DNA from: Escherichia coli | GTDB taxonomy: Bacteria > Pseudomonadota > Gammaproteobacteria > Enterobacterales > Enterobacteriaceae | DNA: 64,000 nucleotides | Direction: 5' to 3' (one strand) | NCBI RefSeq assembly: GCF_011045215.1 | Contig: NZ_CP049201.1 | Shown: piece by piece, positions 11,167 through 23,469 of the stretch | Position numbering within the stretch: the first letter of the stretch is position 1 | Layout: every line of letters begins with the position of its first letter | Notes under the pieces: model-generated | The model's database searches: none | The model's input: the letters and a program-made list of their open reading frames with translations, nothing else | What the model was told of the DNA's origin: nothing | Position numbers and translations under genes: made by a program

Positions 11167-12654
11167 TCAGGCCTCCAGGCTTATCCAGATGGTTTTCAGT
11201 TCGGTGAATTTTTCAAGGGCATGCAGGGATTTGTCGCGACCGTTGCCGCTCTGCTTATAGCCGCCAAACGGCACGGTCATATCGCCGTCGTTGTAGTTAT
11301 TGACGAAGACGGAACCGGCTTTCAGGCGTCGGCTCATGCGGTGCGCGCGGGAGAGGTCGCGCGTCCATACCGCCGCGCCAAGGCCGTACTGGCTGTCGTT
11401 GGCAAGCTGTAGCGCCTGTTCTTCTGATGTGAAACGCGTGACTACCAGCACCGGACCGAAAATCTCTTCGCGGCTTAAGGACGCATTCGGGTCTACATCC
11501 ACAAAGATGGTCGGGCCGATGGCGGCAGCCAGCCCGGCGTTACGGCCATCCAACAACAGTTGCCCTTTGCTTTCGCCTTCCCGAATAAAGCTATGGACCG
11601 AGTCGGCGTGGGCGCAGTCGATTAAGGTGCCCATGGTGGTTGCGAGATCAAGTGGATGGCCCGGCAGCCAGTTTTGCGCCTGCTGTTTTAACAGGGCTAA
11701 GAATTCATCGGCGATGCTCTCTTCCAGCAACAGGCGCGTTCCGGCGATGCACACCTGACCCTGGTTGTAGAAGATGCCTGCTGCGGTGGCGCTTGCCGCC
11801 TGTTGCAAATCCGGGCAGTCAGCGAAAACGATGTTGGCGCTTTTGCCGCCCGCTTCCAGCCAGACGCGTTTCATGTTGCTGTCGCCCGCATCTTTCAGCA
11901 GCTGTTTCCCGGTACGGGTTGAACCGGTAAAGGCGATGGCATCGATATCGTTATGACGCGACAGCGCCTGCCCCGCTTCATGACCAAAACCCGTTACTAC
12001 GTTCAGTACTCCATCCGGCAGACCTGCTTCTTTCGCCAGCCCGGCGAGACGAATCGCACTGAGCGGTGATTTTTCAGACGGTTTTAGAATCACGCTGTTT
12101 CCCGCCGCCAGCGCCGGGCCGAGTTTCCAGCAAGTCAGCAGCAGCGGGAAGTTCCACGGCACGATGGCGGCAATTACGCCGACCGGTTCACGCACGATCA
12201 TCGCCAGCTCATGGCTACTGGTGGTCGCCACTTCGCCATACACTTTGTCGATCGCTTCGGCGTACCAGCGAATGGCGCGCGCCGCGCCGGGAATATCATC
12301 ACGCAGGCTGTGACGAATCGGTTTGCCGGTGTCGAGGGTTTCCAGCAACGCCAGTTCTTCGGCGTGGGCTTCCATTAAATCAGCGAGTTTGTTCAGCACC
12401 GCTTTACGTTTTGCCGGGGCGGCCTGTGACCAGTCGCCGCGTTCAAATACGCGGCGTGCTGCGCTCACCGCACGGTCGATATCGGCGCTCTTGCCGCGGG
12501 CAATTTTCGCCAGCGGTGCCTGGGTGACCGGATCAACGGTTTCAAAGGTTTCATTTTCCGCCGCAGCAGTATATTCACCGTTAATAAATAAGCGGGTTTC
12601 AATGGCGAGACTTAACGCTTTATCCTGCCAGTAAGCCAGATGATGAAAATTCAT
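11167..12654 (-). CDS. puuC: Gamma-glutamyl-gamma-aminobutyraldehyde dehydrogenase (aldehyde dehydrogenase family)
   Basis: ORF track 527 aa; trimmed to MNFHHLAYWQDK start (495 aa). Confidence 0.9.
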   Translation of the reverse strand: MNFHHLAYWQDKALSLAIETRLFINGEYTAAAENETFETVDPVTQAPLAKIARGKSADIDRAVSAARRVFERGDWSQAAPAKRKAVLNKLADLMEAHAEELALLETLDTGKPIRHSLRDDIPGAARAIRWYAEAIDKVYGEVATTSSHELAMIVREPVGVIAAIVPWNFPLLLTCWKLGPALAAGNSVILKPSEKSPLSAIRLAGLAKEAGLPDGVLNVVTGFGHEAGQALSRHNDIDAIAFTGSTRTGKQLLKDAGDSNMKRVWLEAGGKSANIVFADCPDLQQAASATAAGIFYNQGQVCIAGTRLLLEESIADEFLALLKQQAQNWLPGHPLDLATTMGTLIDCAHADSVHSFIREGESKGQLLLDGRNAGLAAAIGPTIFVDVDPNASLSREEIFGPVLVVTRFTSEEQALQLANDSQYGLGAAVWTRDLSRAHRMSRRLKAGSVFVNNYNDGDMTVPFGGYKQSGNGRDKSLHALEKFTELKTIWISLEA

Positions 12655-12803
12655 TATGACTCCTGTTTCACGTCTATCAGATATATGCAGTTTGTGAACG
12701 TCAGGGCGCAGAGATCCCCGGGCCGTATGCCCGTTTATTTCTGGCGACATTCTTTATGGATTGCCGGGCGCATTGCGCTTACCCGGCTTACAGAACAAAA
12801 AGA

Positions 12804-13361
12804 TTAAAACGTGGTGGGCGTATGGGCGCTGATAATTCGGCAAATACCTGCCGACGTATTACTGAAACTGTGCGGGATGCCGGTATTAATGGCATAACTT
12901 TGCCCCGCGACGAGGTGGTAATCCTGACCATTAATCGTCAGAACAATTTCACCTTCCAGTACAGTGCCTATTTCCTCACCCTGATGCTTAATTCTTTCCC
13001 CAGTGGTTGTGCCCGGCTGGTACGTTTCAAAGATCATCGCCAGCGTGCGATTCGGGTTACCGTTATGAACCAGCTTCATTGACACACCCTGACTGCCCAT
13101 CTCAATTAAATCGTCCTGATTAATGACGACCTGCGGCTCATCAGGTTTTTCCGGCTCGGAAAAGAATTCCGAGAGTGACAGACCATACACCTTCAGCAGC
13201 TTTTGCAGCGTACTGATGGCAGGGCTGACTTTATCTTGTTCTATCGTACTGATAGCACTGTGAGTCAGCCCGGAGAGTTCGGCGGCACGACGTTGTGAAA
13301 GCCCCTGCTGCTGGCGGATTTCCGACAAGCGTTTTCCTGGCGCCAGTCCCTCATCACTCAT
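12804..13361 (-). CDS. puuR: HTH-XRE/cupin transcriptional repressor of puu genes
   Basis: 185-aa ORF with N-terminal HTH and C-terminal cupin. Confidence 0.93.
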   Translation of the reverse strand: MSDEGLAPGKRLSEIRQQQGLSQRRAAELSGLTHSAISTIEQDKVSPAISTLQKLLKVYGLSLSEFFSEPEKPDEPQVVINQDDLIEMGSQGVSMKLVHNGNPNRTLAMIFETYQPGTTTGERIKHQGEEIGTVLEGEIVLTINGQDYHLVAGQSYAINTGIPHSFSNTSAGICRIISAHTPTTF

Positions 13362-13387
13362 ATTTGCATTTCCTTAAACTGTAGTGG

Positions 13388-14152
13388 TCAGAGTCGCTGT
13401 TTTTCAGCGATATGGTGCTGACAAGCGGTGATAAAGCCCTCGAACAATATACGCGAAAGCGCGTACTCGCTACTGTTCCATTCCGGGTGCCACTGTACGC
13501 CCAGCGCAAAAGGATGATTGATGACGCTAACCGCCTCAACTAAGCCATCCGGCGAGCGAGCTTCAACACGCAACCGTGGGCTAACGACCTTCGCCCCTTG
13601 TCCATGCAGAGAGTTTACCCAAAAGTTGCTACATTCAGGTAACAACGCAGACAGTAATCCCCCCTCTTCAACCTGAACTTCATGCGACGGTGCATATTGC
13701 TGTTCCACCGGCAGTTCGGGATCTTCCCGATGTTCCAGCAATTCAGGCTGTTCGCACAGCTTGCGATGCAACGAACCACCGGTTGCCACCACCAGTTCCT
13801 GTAAACCCCGGCAGATGGCGAAAATGGGGATGCGCCTTTCGAGTGCGGCATTAATTAACGCCATGCTCAGAAGATCACGCCCGGGATCGGCGTCAGGCTC
13901 ATCGCCGTTTTCACCATATAGGTGCGGCTGCACATTGCTGGGACTACCAGGAAGATAAATGCCATCGAGTTTCGGCAAAAGTTGTTCAAGTAACGACGGT
14001 TCCGCCAGCGCATGTGGCAGCGCAATTGGCAAACCGCCTGCGTGGATGATGGCATTCAGGTACTTTTCTTGCAGAGTTTGGGTCGCATGACCCTTAAGCC
14101 TGTTCCTGCACATTACGACACCGATAACCGGATTGTTCATTATATTTTCCAT
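13388..14152 (-). CDS. puuD: Gamma-glutamyl-GABA hydrolase (class-I glutamine amidotransferase-like)
   Basis: ORF trimmed to MENIMNNPVIGVV start (254 aa). Confidence 0.92.
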   Translation of the reverse strand: MENIMNNPVIGVVMCRNRLKGHATQTLQEKYLNAIIHAGGLPIALPHALAEPSLLEQLLPKLDGIYLPGSPSNVQPHLYGENGDEPDADPGRDLLSMALINAALERRIPIFAICRGLQELVVATGGSLHRKLCEQPELLEHREDPELPVEQQYAPSHEVQVEEGGLLSALLPECSNFWVNSLHGQGAKVVSPRLRVEARSPDGLVEAVSVINHPFALGVQWHPEWNSSEYALSRILFEGFITACQHHIAEKQRL

Positions 14153-14363
14153 GCTCAATCTCACAAAGTGGACTAAATTATCGCCATTACTGCGGTTTAA
14201 ATGACCTTTCTGTTCAATATTTTTTCAATCTAGCAGTGAGTTTTCTTTTTTGCAAACTCAATTTAACATTTGACAAACATTTAGTTTGCATACAGATTCG
14301 AATGGTGGTCATTATATTTTACGCTTTGATAACGAGCGGAAAACAAACCAAAGGCGAAGAATC

Positions 14364-15782
14364 ATGGAAACCAATATCGTTGAAGTAGAGAACTTTGTTC
14401 AGCAGTCAGAAGAGAGGCGGGGTAGCGCCTTTACGCAGGAAGTGAAACGCTACCTGGAGCGCTACCCGAATACGCAATATGTTGATGTTTTACTTACCGA
14501 TTTGAATGGTTGCTTCCGTGGAAAACGTATTCCTGTTTCAAGCCTGAAGAAGCTCGAGAAAGGATGTTATTTCCCGGCCTCGGTGTTTGCAATGGATATT
14601 CTGGGCAACGTAGTAGAAGAAGCGGGTCTGGGTCAGGAAATGGGCGAGCCGGATCGTACCTGTGTTCCTGTTCTCGGTTCCTTAACCCCTTCTGCCGCCG
14701 ATCCAGAGTTTATCGGTCAGATGCTCCTGACCATGGTTGATGAAGATGGCGCTCCCTTTGACGTTGAGCCGCGGAACGTTCTTAACCGCCTGTGGCAGCA
14801 GCTGCGCCAGCGCGGATTGTTCCCGGTCGTAGCGGTAGAGCTGGAGTTCTATTTACTGGATCGTCAGCGCGACGCTGAAGGGTATCTGCAGCCGCCCTGC
14901 GCGCCCGGCACCGATGACCGCAATACACAAAGCCAGGTTTACTCGGTTGATAACCTCAACCACTTCGCCGATGTGCTCAATGATATTGATGAACTGGCAC
15001 AGTTACAGCTGATTCCGGCAGATGGCGCGGTCGCTGAGGCCTCGCCGGGTCAGTTTGAAATCAACCTTTACCATACTGATAACGTGCTGGAAGCCTGCGA
15101 TGATGCGCTGGCACTAAAACGCCTGGTGCGTCTGATGGCAGAAAAGCATAAGATGCACGCCACTTTTATGGCGAAGCCGTATGAAGAGCACGCGGGCAGC
15201 GGAATGCATATCCATATCAGTATGCAAAATAATCGTGGCGAGAACGTGCTTTCTGACGCGGAAGGCGAAGATTCGCCGCTGCTGAAAAAGATGCTCGCCG
15301 GGATGATTGACCTGATGCCGTCATCAATGGCGTTGCTGGCACCAAACGTGAACTCGTATCGCCGCTTCCAGCCAGGTATGTATGTACCGACGCAGGCGTC
15401 GTGGGGCCATAATAACCGTACCGTCGCCCTGCGTATTCCATGCGGCGATCGCCATAATCACCGCGTGGAATATCGCGTGGCGGGTGCCGATGCCAACCCA
15501 TATCTGGTGATGGCAGCGATTTTTGCCGGTATTTTGCATGGCCTTGATAACGAGCTGCCGTTGCAGGAAGAAGTCGAAGGTAACGGGCTGGAACAGGAAG
15601 GCTTACCCTTCCCGATTCGCCAGAGCGATGCCCTGGGTGAGTTTATCGAGAATGATCACCTGCGCCGCTATTTAGGCGAACGGTTTTGCCATGTCTATCA
15701 CGCCTGTAAAAATGATGAGCTGTTGCAGTTTGAGCGCCTCATCACAGAAACAGAAATTGAGTGGATGTTGAAAAACGCGTAA
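14364..15782 (+). CDS. puuA: Glutamate-putrescine ligase (glutamine synthetase family)
   Basis: ORF trimmed to METNIVEVENF start (472 aa); GS-like sequence. Confidence 0.93.
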   Translation: METNIVEVENFVQQSEERRGSAFTQEVKRYLERYPNTQYVDVLLTDLNGCFRGKRIPVSSLKKLEKGCYFPASVFAMDILGNVVEEAGLGQEMGEPDRTCVPVLGSLTPSAADPEFIGQMLLTMVDEDGAPFDVEPRNVLNRLWQQLRQRGLFPVVAVELEFYLLDRQRDAEGYLQPPCAPGTDDRNTQSQVYSVDNLNHFADVLNDIDELAQLQLIPADGAVAEASPGQFEINLYHTDNVLEACDDALALKRLVRLMAEKHKMHATFMAKPYEEHAGSGMHIHISMQNNRGENVLSDAEGEDSPLLKKMLAGMIDLMPSSMALLAPNVNSYRRFQPGMYVPTQASWGHNNRTVALRIPCGDRHNHRVEYRVAGADANPYLVMAAIFAGILHGLDNELPLQEEVEGNGLEQEGLPFPIRQSDALGEFIENDHLRRYLGERFCHVYHACKNDELLQFERLITETEIEWMLKNA

Positions 15783-15784
15783 TA

Positions 15785-15804
15785 CCCCTTGCGGGGTTGT
15801 TTCA
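15785..15804 (+). terminator. Rho-independent terminator after puuA
   Basis: CCCCTTGCGGGG hairpin followed by TTGTTTC. Confidence 0.65.
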
Positions 15805-16084
15805 TCGGCCTGAGCGGAGCCAGGCCTGACATTTGCTGGTAATCCAGACATTTTCCGGATGTCGCGTTATGGAGCGCAGGCGGCAACGGGCTTCCGTTAA
15901 CGATTAAGACTGTGACGAGGAAATGAGATGATGCCGATGATTAAATCCCCGCATGGCGAGGGAGGCTGCGTATGCGCCCCTCCTGCGACTGACTGGACTC
16001 CGCCCCCTTTGCTTCCCTTGCTAAACAGGTTTGATTTCAGGTCGACACGACCGCAAACCTTATTACGCAGGGGAGGCAGCAATT

Positions 16085-17470
16085 ATGGCTATTAATTCAC
16101 CACTGAATATTGCTGCGCAACCCGGCAAAACCCGTCTGCGAAAATCACTGAAATTGTGGCAGGTGGTAATGATGGGTCTGGCCTATCTCACGCCGATGAC
16201 TGTGTTCGATACTTTTGGCATTGTGTCAGGCATTAGCGACGGTCACGTTCCGGCGTCCTATTTGCTGGCGCTGGCGGGCGTGCTGTTTACCGCTATCAGC
16301 TACGGCAAACTGGTTCGCCAGTTTCCGGAGGCCGGTTCGGCCTATACCTACGCGCAAAAGTCGATTAACCCGCACGTCGGATTTATGGTCGGCTGGTCAT
16401 CACTGCTGGATTATCTCTTTTTGCCGATGATCAACGTTTTGTTGGCGAAAATCTATCTCTCCGCCCTCTTCCCGGAAGTGCCGCCGTGGGTGTGGGTGGT
16501 AACCTTCGTCGCCATTTTAACCGCCGCGAATCTGAAGAGCGTCAACCTGGTCGCTAACTTCAATACCCTGTTTGTACTGGTGCAAATCTCCATCATGGTG
16601 GTGTTTATCTTCCTGGTGGTTCAGGGACTGCATAAAGGAGAAGGCGTTGGCACCGTCTGGTCACTTCAGCCGTTTATCAGCGAGAACGCGCACCTGATCC
16701 CGATTATTACCGGGGCGACGATTGTCTGTTTCTCGTTCCTCGGTTTCGATGCGGTGACCACGCTTTCGGAAGAGACGCCGGACGCCGCACGCGTGATCCC
16801 GAAAGCCATCTTCCTGACGGCGGTATACGGCGGCGTTATCTTTATCGCTGCGTCGTTCTTTATGCAGCTGTTCTTTCCTGATATCAGCCGCTTTAAAGAC
16901 CCGGACGCCGCACTGCCTGAAATTGCGCTGTACGTCGGCGGCAAGCTCTTCCAGTCGATTTTCCTCTGCACCACATTTGTGAACACATTGGCGTCTGGCC
17001 TGGCTTCACATGCCAGCGTGTCGCGCCTGCTGTATGTAATGGGGCGTGACAATGTGTTCCCAGAACGTGTGTTTGGCTATGTACACCCGAAATGGCGTAC
17101 CCCGGCTCTGAACGTCATTATGGTCGGTATTGTCGCGATGTCGGCATTGTTCTTTGATTTAGTCACCGCTACAGCATTGATTAACTTCGGTGCTCTGGTG
17201 GCGTTTACCTTCGTGAATCTGTCGGTGTTTAATCATTTCTGGCGGCGTAAAGGAATGAATAAAAGCTGGAAGGAACACTTCCACTATTTATTAATGCCGC
17301 TGGTTGGCGCGCTGACGGTGGGCGTACTGTGGATTAACCTCGAAGCCACCTCGCTGACGCTGGGTCTGGTGTGGGCCTCGCTGGGTGGGGCGTATCTGTG
17401 GTATCTGGTACGTCGTTATCGCAAAGTACCGCTGTACGAGGGTGACAGAACACCGGTGAGCGAGACGTAA
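16085..17470 (+). CDS. puuP: Putrescine importer (APC family permease)
   Basis: ORF trimmed to [15 protein letters not shown] start (461 aa); 12-TM permease. Confidence 0.93.
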   Translation: MAINSPLNIAAQPGKTRLRKSLKLWQVVMMGLAYLTPMTVFDTFGIVSGISDGHVPASYLLALAGVLFTAISYGKLVRQFPEAGSAYTYAQKSINPHVGFMVGWSSLLDYLFLPMINVLLAKIYLSALFPEVPPWVWVVTFVAILTAANLKSVNLVANFNTLFVLVQISIMVVFIFLVVQGLHKGEGVGTVWSLQPFISENAHLIPIITGATIVCFSFLGFDAVTTLSEETPDAARVIPKAIFLTAVYGGVIFIAASFFMQLFFPDISRFKDPDAALPEIALYVGGKLFQSIFLCTTFVNTLASGLASHASVSRLLYVMGRDNVFPERVFGYVHPKWRTPALNVIMVGIVAMSALFFDLVTATALINFGALVAFTFVNLSVFNHFWRRKGMNKSWKEHFHYLLMPLVGALTVGVLWINLEATSLTLGLVWASLGGAYLWYLVRRYRKVPLYEGDRTPVSET

Positions 17471-17602
17471 TTGTTGGATGCGGGCGCATTATCCGACCTG
17501 AGGGTAATGCGCCGCTCTATTAGCTATAAAAAGATGTATGACCCGGATCACGAGTGCTATTATCCGCCCCTATGCGTAGCGCATTAACCCCAGGGGCAAA
17601 CA

Positions 17603-17848
17603 ATGAACCACGATATCCCGCTAAAATATTTTGATATTGCCGATGAGTACGCGACCGAATGCGCAGAGCCTGTCGCAGACGCTGAACGCACACCGCTGGC
17701 CCACTACTTCCAGTTACTGCTCACCCGTTTGATGAACAATGAAGAGATCAGCGAAGAAGCCCAGCATGAAATGGCTGCTGAAGCGGGGATTAATCCCGTA
17801 CGCATTGATGAGATCGCAGAGTTTTTGAATCAATGGGGTAATGAGTAA
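17603..17848 (+). CDS. ymjA: Small uncharacterised protein YmjA
   Basis: 81-aa acidic ORF between puuP and sapA. Confidence 0.85.
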   Translation: MNHDIPLKYFDIADEYATECAEPVADAERTPLAHYFQLLLTRLMNNEEISEEAQHEMAAEAGINPVRIDEIAEFLNQWGNE

Positions 17849-17891
17849 TTATTTAATTGCAGACGATCGGTCAGTATCGTTGTCCGGATAA

Positions 17892-17922
17892 AGCGTTCAC
17901 GCCGCATCCGGCTAACAATGAC
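17892..17922. repeat. REP palindromic unit
   Basis: GTCCGGATAAAGCGTTCACGCCGCATCCGGC. Confidence 0.7.
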
Positions 17923-18160
17923 ACGCACTGCAGCGTGCTTTAATGGGTTTCTCACGATCGTACCGCTCTGCTCCTCGCTAAGTTGTTCTGTGAGTTATAG
18001 TTATAGAGAAATCACGGGTACGAATGTTGAACAGATGGCGACGCCACCTGTTCAACGACCAACCACACGGCCCTCATTACGACCCCTGAACACAAACGGT
18101 AATGGCAAATGTCATTAAATATTAGTAAGATAGCCTCTTTACATAAAATCCCTTAATATT

Positions 18161-19804
18161 ATGCGCCAGGTATTATCGTCTCTTTTGGTGATTGCTGGAC
18201 TTGTGAGTGGTCAGGCAATCGCCGCGCCTGAATCCCCCCCGCATGCTGATATACGCGACAGCGGTTTTGTCTATTGCGTCAGCGGGCAAGTCAACACCTT
18301 TAACCCATCCAAAGCGAGCAGTGGGTTAATTGTCGATACCCTTGCCGCCCAGTTTTATGATCGACTGCTGGATGTCGATCCCTATACCTATCGCCTGATG
18401 CCAGAACTTGCCGAAAGCTGGGAAGTACTCGACAACGGCGCGACCTATCGCTTCCACCTACGTCGCGATGTTCCGTTTCAAAAAACCGACTGGTTTACTC
18501 CCACTCGTAAAATGAATGCCGACGATGTGGTGTTTACCTTCCAGCGAATTTTTGACCGCAACAACCCGTGGCATAACGTCAACGGCAGCAACTTCCCCTA
18601 CTTCGACAGCCTGCAATTTGCCGATAACGTGAAAAGCGTCCGTAAACTGGATAATCATACCGTTGAGTTCCGTCTGGCTCAGCCGGATGCTTCTTTTTTG
18701 TGGCACCTCGCAACCCATTATGCTTCGGTCATGTCGGCAGAATATGCCCGGAAGTTAGAGAAAGAAGATCGCCAGGAGCAACTCGACCGTCAACCGGTCG
18801 GCACTGGACCGTATCAGTTGTCGGAATACCGCGCCGGGCAATTTATTCGCCTACAACGTCATGATGACTTCTGGCGCGGTAAACCGTTAATGCCGCAGGT
18901 GGTGGTGGATTTAGGCTCCGGCGGCACCGGACGTCTGTCGAAACTCCTGACCGGGGAATGCGACGTTCTGGCCTGGCCTGCTGCCAGCCAGCTATCCATT
19001 TTGCGTGACGACCCGCGCTTGCGTTTAACGCTGCGTCCTGGGATGAACGTCGCCTATCTGGCATTTAACACCGCCAAACCGCCGCTAAATAATCCCGCTG
19101 TCCGCCATGCGCTGGCACTGGCGATTAATAACCAGCGCCTGATGCAATCCATCTATTATGGTACGGCTGAAACGGCGGCCTCTATTTTACCGCGCGCCTC
19201 GTGGGCCTATGACAACGAGGCTAAAATTACTGAATACAATCCGGCGAAATCGCGCGAACAGTTGAAGTCGTTGGGGCTGGAAAATTTAACGCTGAAACTG
19301 TGGGTGCCCACACGTTCGCAGGCGTGGAACCCCAGTCCACTGAAAACTGCCGAACTGATTCAGGCGGATATGGCGCAGGTTGGCGTAAAAGTGGTGATTG
19401 TGCCGGTAGAAGGTCGCTTTCAGGAGGCGCGGTTGATGGATATGAGCCATGATCTGACGTTATCCGGTTGGGCGACGGACAGTAACGACCCGGACAGTTT
19501 CTTCCGTCCGTTACTGAGCTGCGCGGCAATTCATTCACAGACCAACCTCGCCCACTGGTGCGATCCGAAATTCGACAGCGTGTTGCGTAAGGCGCTCTCC
19601 TCGCAGCAGCTGGCGGCGCGTATTGAAGCCTATGACGAAGCGCAGAGTATTCTGGCGCAGGAATTGCCCATTTTGCCGCTGGCGTCGTCATTGCGTTTGC
19701 AGGCCTATCGGTACGATATCAAAGGTCTGGTACTTAGCCCGTTTGGTAACGCCTCCTTTGCTGGGGTGTATCGCGAGAAACAGGATGAGGTGAAAAAACC
19801 ATGA
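18161..19804 (+). CDS. sapA: Periplasmic peptide-binding protein of Sap ABC transporter
   Basis: 547-aa ORF with signal peptide; family-5 SBP. Confidence 0.93.
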   Translation: MRQVLSSLLVIAGLVSGQAIAAPESPPHADIRDSGFVYCVSGQVNTFNPSKASSGLIVDTLAAQFYDRLLDVDPYTYRLMPELAESWEVLDNGATYRFHLRRDVPFQKTDWFTPTRKMNADDVVFTFQRIFDRNNPWHNVNGSNFPYFDSLQFADNVKSVRKLDNHTVEFRLAQPDASFLWHLATHYASVMSAEYARKLEKEDRQEQLDRQPVGTGPYQLSEYRAGQFIRLQRHDDFWRGKPLMPQVVVDLGSGGTGRLSKLLTGECDVLAWPAASQLSILRDDPRLRLTLRPGMNVAYLAFNTAKPPLNNPAVRHALALAINNQRLMQSIYYGTAETAASILPRASWAYDNEAKITEYNPAKSREQLKSLGLENLTLKLWVPTRSQAWNPSPLKTAELIQADMAQVGVKVVIVPVEGRFQEARLMDMSHDLTLSGWATDSNDPDSFFRPLLSCAAIHSQTNLAHWCDPKFDSVLRKALSSQQLAARIEAYDEAQSILAQELPILPLASSLRLQAYRYDIKGLVLSPFGNASFAGVYREKQDEVKKP

Positions 19805-20766
19805 TTATCTTCACCTTACGCCGCATTTTGTTATTGATTGTCACCTTGTTCCTGCTGACCTTCGTTGGCTTCAGCTTGAGCTATTTCACTCCACACGCGC
19901 CGTTACAAGGCGCGTCACTGTGGAATGCCTGGGTGTTCTGGTTTAATGGCCTGATCCACTGGGATTTTGGTGTTTCCAGCATTAACGGTCAACCAATTGC
20001 CGAACAGTTAAAAGAGGTCTTCCCGGCGACGATGGAACTGTGCATCCTCGCCTTCGGTTTTGCGCTGATTGTTGGCATCCCCGTGGGGATGATTGCCGGG
20101 ATTACGCGCCATAAGTGGCAGGATAACTTGATCAACGCCATCGCCTTACTGGGCTTTTCAATCCCGGTGTTCTGGCTGGCGCTTCTGTTGACGCTGTTTT
20201 GTTCACTCACGCTAGGTTGGTTGCCCGTTTCAGGGCGTTTCGATCTGCTCTACGAAGTGAAACCGATTACCGGTTTTGCGTTGATTGATGCCTGGCTTTC
20301 GGACTCACCATGGCGGGATGAAATGATCATGAGCGCAATCCGCCATATGATATTGCCCGTGATCACCCTGTCGGTTGCGCCAACAACTGAAGTGATCCGC
20401 CTGATGCGTATCAGCACTATTGAAGTGTATGACCAGAACTATGTTAAAGCGGCGGCGACCCGCGGTTTGTCGCGCTTTACTATTTTGCGTCGCCACGTTC
20501 TGCATAACGCGTTACCGCCGGTTATTCCTCGCCTGGGCTTACAGTTTTCCACCATGCTGACGCTGGCGATGATCACCGAAATGGTTTTTAGCTGGCCGGG
20601 TTTAGGGCGCTGGTTAATTAACGCCATCCGCCAGCAGGATTACGCAGCCATTTCCGCCGGAGTGATGGTGTGTGGCTCACTGGTCATTATTGTTAACGTG
20701 ATTTCTGATATTTTGGGTGCCATGGCTAACCCTCTGAAACATAAGGAATGGTATGCCTTACGATAG
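19801..20766 (+). CDS. sapB: Sap ABC transporter permease
   Basis: 321-aa membrane ORF; 4-nt overlap with sapA. Confidence 0.93.
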
Positions 20767-21643
20767 CGTATACAGCGAAAAGCGCCCGCCGGGCACGCTG
20801 CGTACCGCCTGGCGCAAATTTTATAGTGACGCCTCTGCGATGGTCGGCCTGTACGGCTGCGCGGGGCTGGCTGTACTGTGTATTTTTGGCGGCTGGTTTG
20901 CGCCTTACGGCATCGACCAGCAATTTCTCGGTTACCAATTATTGCCGCCGTCATGGTCGCGCTATGGCGAAGTTTCTTTCTTCCTGGGGACTGACGACCT
21001 CGGACGCGATGTTTTAAGCCGTTTACTGAGCGGAGCTGCGCCAACCGTGGGTGGCGCATTTGTGGTGACACTTGCCGCGACGATCTGTGGCCTGGTACTG
21101 GGCACCTTCGCCGGGGCGACACACGGCCTCCGCTCAGCGGTGCTTAACCATATTCTGGATACCTTACTGGCGATCCCTTCCCTGCTGTTGGCAATTATCG
21201 TTGTAGCGTTTGCCGGACCGAGTTTGTCCCACGCTATGTTTGCTGTCTGGCTGGCATTGCTGCCGCGTATGGTACGTTCGATTTACAGCATGGTGCATGA
21301 CGAACTGGAAAAAGAGTACGTTATCGCCGCCCGTCTGGATGGCGCATCAACGCTGAATATTCTCTGGTTTGCTGTGATGCCTAACATCACCGCCGGGCTG
21401 GTCACCGAGATCACCCGCGCACTGTCGATGGCAATTCTCGATATCGCCGCGCTGGGCTTTCTCGATCTCGGCGCACAACTCCCCTCGCCTGAATGGGGAG
21501 CGATGCTCGGTGATGCGCTGGAACTGATTTATGTCGCCCCGTGGACTGTCATGCTGCCAGGTGCGGCAATTATGATTAGCGTGCTGTTGGTTAACCTCCT
21601 TGGCGACGGTGTCCGTCGTGCAATTATTGCGGGGGTGGAATAA
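20753..21643 (+). CDS. sapC: Sap ABC transporter permease
   Basis: 296-aa membrane ORF. Confidence 0.93.
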
Positions 21644-22635
21644 TGCCATTACTCGATATTCGTAACCTGACTATTGAATTTAAAACCGGGGATGAGTGGG
21701 TTAAAGCCGTCGACCGGGTAAGTATGACCTTAACCGAAGGTGAAATCCGCGGTCTTGTTGGTGAATCCGGTTCCGGCAAGAGTTTGATTGCGAAAGCGAT
21801 TTGTGGGGTGAATAAAGATAACTGGCGTGTTACTGCTGACCGTATGCGTTTTGATGATATCGATTTGCTGCGTCTCTCCGCACGCGAACGGCGCAAGCTG
21901 GTTGGTCACAACGTGTCGATGATTTTCCAGGAACCGCAGTCGTGTCTTGACCCTTCAGAACGTGTGGGTCGCCAGTTGATGCAAAACATCCCAGCCTGGA
22001 CCTATAAAGGCCGTTGGTGGCAGCGTTTTGGCTGGCGCAAACGCCGTGCCATTGAACTGCTGCACCGCGTGGGAATTAAAGATCACAAAGATGCGATGCG
22101 CAGTTTTCCCTATGAGTTGACCGAAGGTGAATGTCAGAAAGTGATGATAGCCATTGCACTGGCGAATCAACCGCGTCTGCTGATTGCTGACGAACCGACA
22201 AACTCAATGGAGCCAACAACCCAGGCGCAAATCTTTCGCCTGCTGACGCGTCTAAACCAAAACAGCAATACCACTATTTTGCTTATCAGCCATGACTTAC
22301 AAATGCTTAGCCAATGGGCGGATAAAATTAACGTGCTTTACTGCGGTCAAACGGTGGAAACCGCGCCGAGTAAGGAGTTAGTGACGATGCCACATCATCC
22401 TTATACCCAGGCGCTGATCCGCGCGATACCAGACTTCGGAAGCGCGATGCCGCATAAAAGTCGCCTCAATACGCTACCCGGCGCTATCCCACTGCTGGAA
22501 CAGTTACCGATTGGTTGTCGTCTGGGGCCACGTTGCCCATATGCACAACGAGAATGCATTGTGACGCCACGTTTGACGGGGGCGAAAAATCATCTCTATG
22601 CCTGTCATTTCCCGCTGAACATGGAGAAAGAGTGA
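21643..22635 (+). CDS. sapD: Sap ABC transporter ATPase
   Basis: 330-aa ORF with Walker A (GESGSGKS). Confidence 0.93.
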
Positions 22636-22636
22636 G

Positions 22637-23443
22637 ATGATCGAAACGCTGCTTGAAGTGCGTAATTTAAGTAAAACGTTCCGCTACCGGACCGGTTGGT
22701 TTCGTCGTCAGACCGTAGAAGCGGTAAAACCCTTGAGCTTTACGCTACGTGAAGGCCAGACACTGGCGATTATTGGCGAGAATGGTTCGGGTAAATCCAC
22801 GCTGGCAAAAATGCTGGCGGGAATGATAGAACCTACCAGCGGCGAGTTATTGATTGACGATCATCCACTGCATTTTGGCGATTATTCCTTCCGCAGTCAG
22901 CGTATTCGCATGATTTTTCAGGATCCTTCGACCTCGTTGAATCCCCGTCAACGTATCTCGCAAATCCTGGATTTTCCACTGCGTCTGAACACCGACCTGG
23001 AACCGGAACAGCGTCGCAAACAGATTATTGAAACGATGCGTATGGTTGGGCTGCTACCGGATCACGTCAGTTACTATCCGCATATGTTGGCCCCCGGGCA
23101 AAAACAGCGTCTGGGTCTGGCGCGCGCGCTGATATTGCGCCCAAAAGTCATTATTGCCGATGAAGCCCTCGCTTCACTGGATATGTCGATGCGTTCGCAG
23201 TTGATTAATCTGATGCTGGAATTACAGGAAAAACAGGGCATTTCGTATATTTATGTTACCCAGCATATCGGAATGATGAAGCACATTAGCGACCAGGTGC
23301 TGGTGATGCATCAGGGCGAGGTTGTCGAGCGAGGCAGCACCGCGGATGTGCTTGCATCGCCGCTGCATGAACTCACCAAACGGCTGATTGCCGGGCACTT
23401 TGGCGAGGCATTGACAGCGGATGCGTGGCGTAAAGATCGTTAA
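22637..23443 (+). CDS. sapF: Sap ABC transporter ATPase
   Basis: 268-aa ORF with Walker A (GENGSGKS). Confidence 0.93.
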   Translation: MIETLLEVRNLSKTFRYRTGWFRRQTVEAVKPLSFTLREGQTLAIIGENGSGKSTLAKMLAGMIEPTSGELLIDDHPLHFGDYSFRSQRIRMIFQDPSTSLNPRQRISQILDFPLRLNTDLEPEQRRKQIIETMRMVGLLPDHVSYYPHMLAPGQKQRLGLARALILRPKVIIADEALASLDMSMRSQLINLMLELQEKQGISYIYVTQHIGMMKHISDQVLVMHQGEVVERGSTADVLASPLHELTKRLIAGHFGEALTADAWRKDR

Positions 23444-23469
23444 TTTTCTGAATCCTCCTTCCAGATTAT

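Noticed and set aside
14153-14363. PuuR operator sites in the puuD-puuA divergent promoter region (for example the AT-rich motif CTGTTCAATATTTTTTC)
   Set aside because: I cannot recall the PuuR box precisely enough to place sites with confidence, so the region is left as a probable but unannotated regulatory spacer.
17992-18010. 15-nt motif TTATAGTTATAGAGA present upstream of both sapA (17995-18009) and osmB (31916-31930)
   Set aside because: A handful of 14-15-mer coincidences are expected by chance in a 64-kb window on two strands, and the flanking sequence is unrelated; not enough to call a shared regulatory site.
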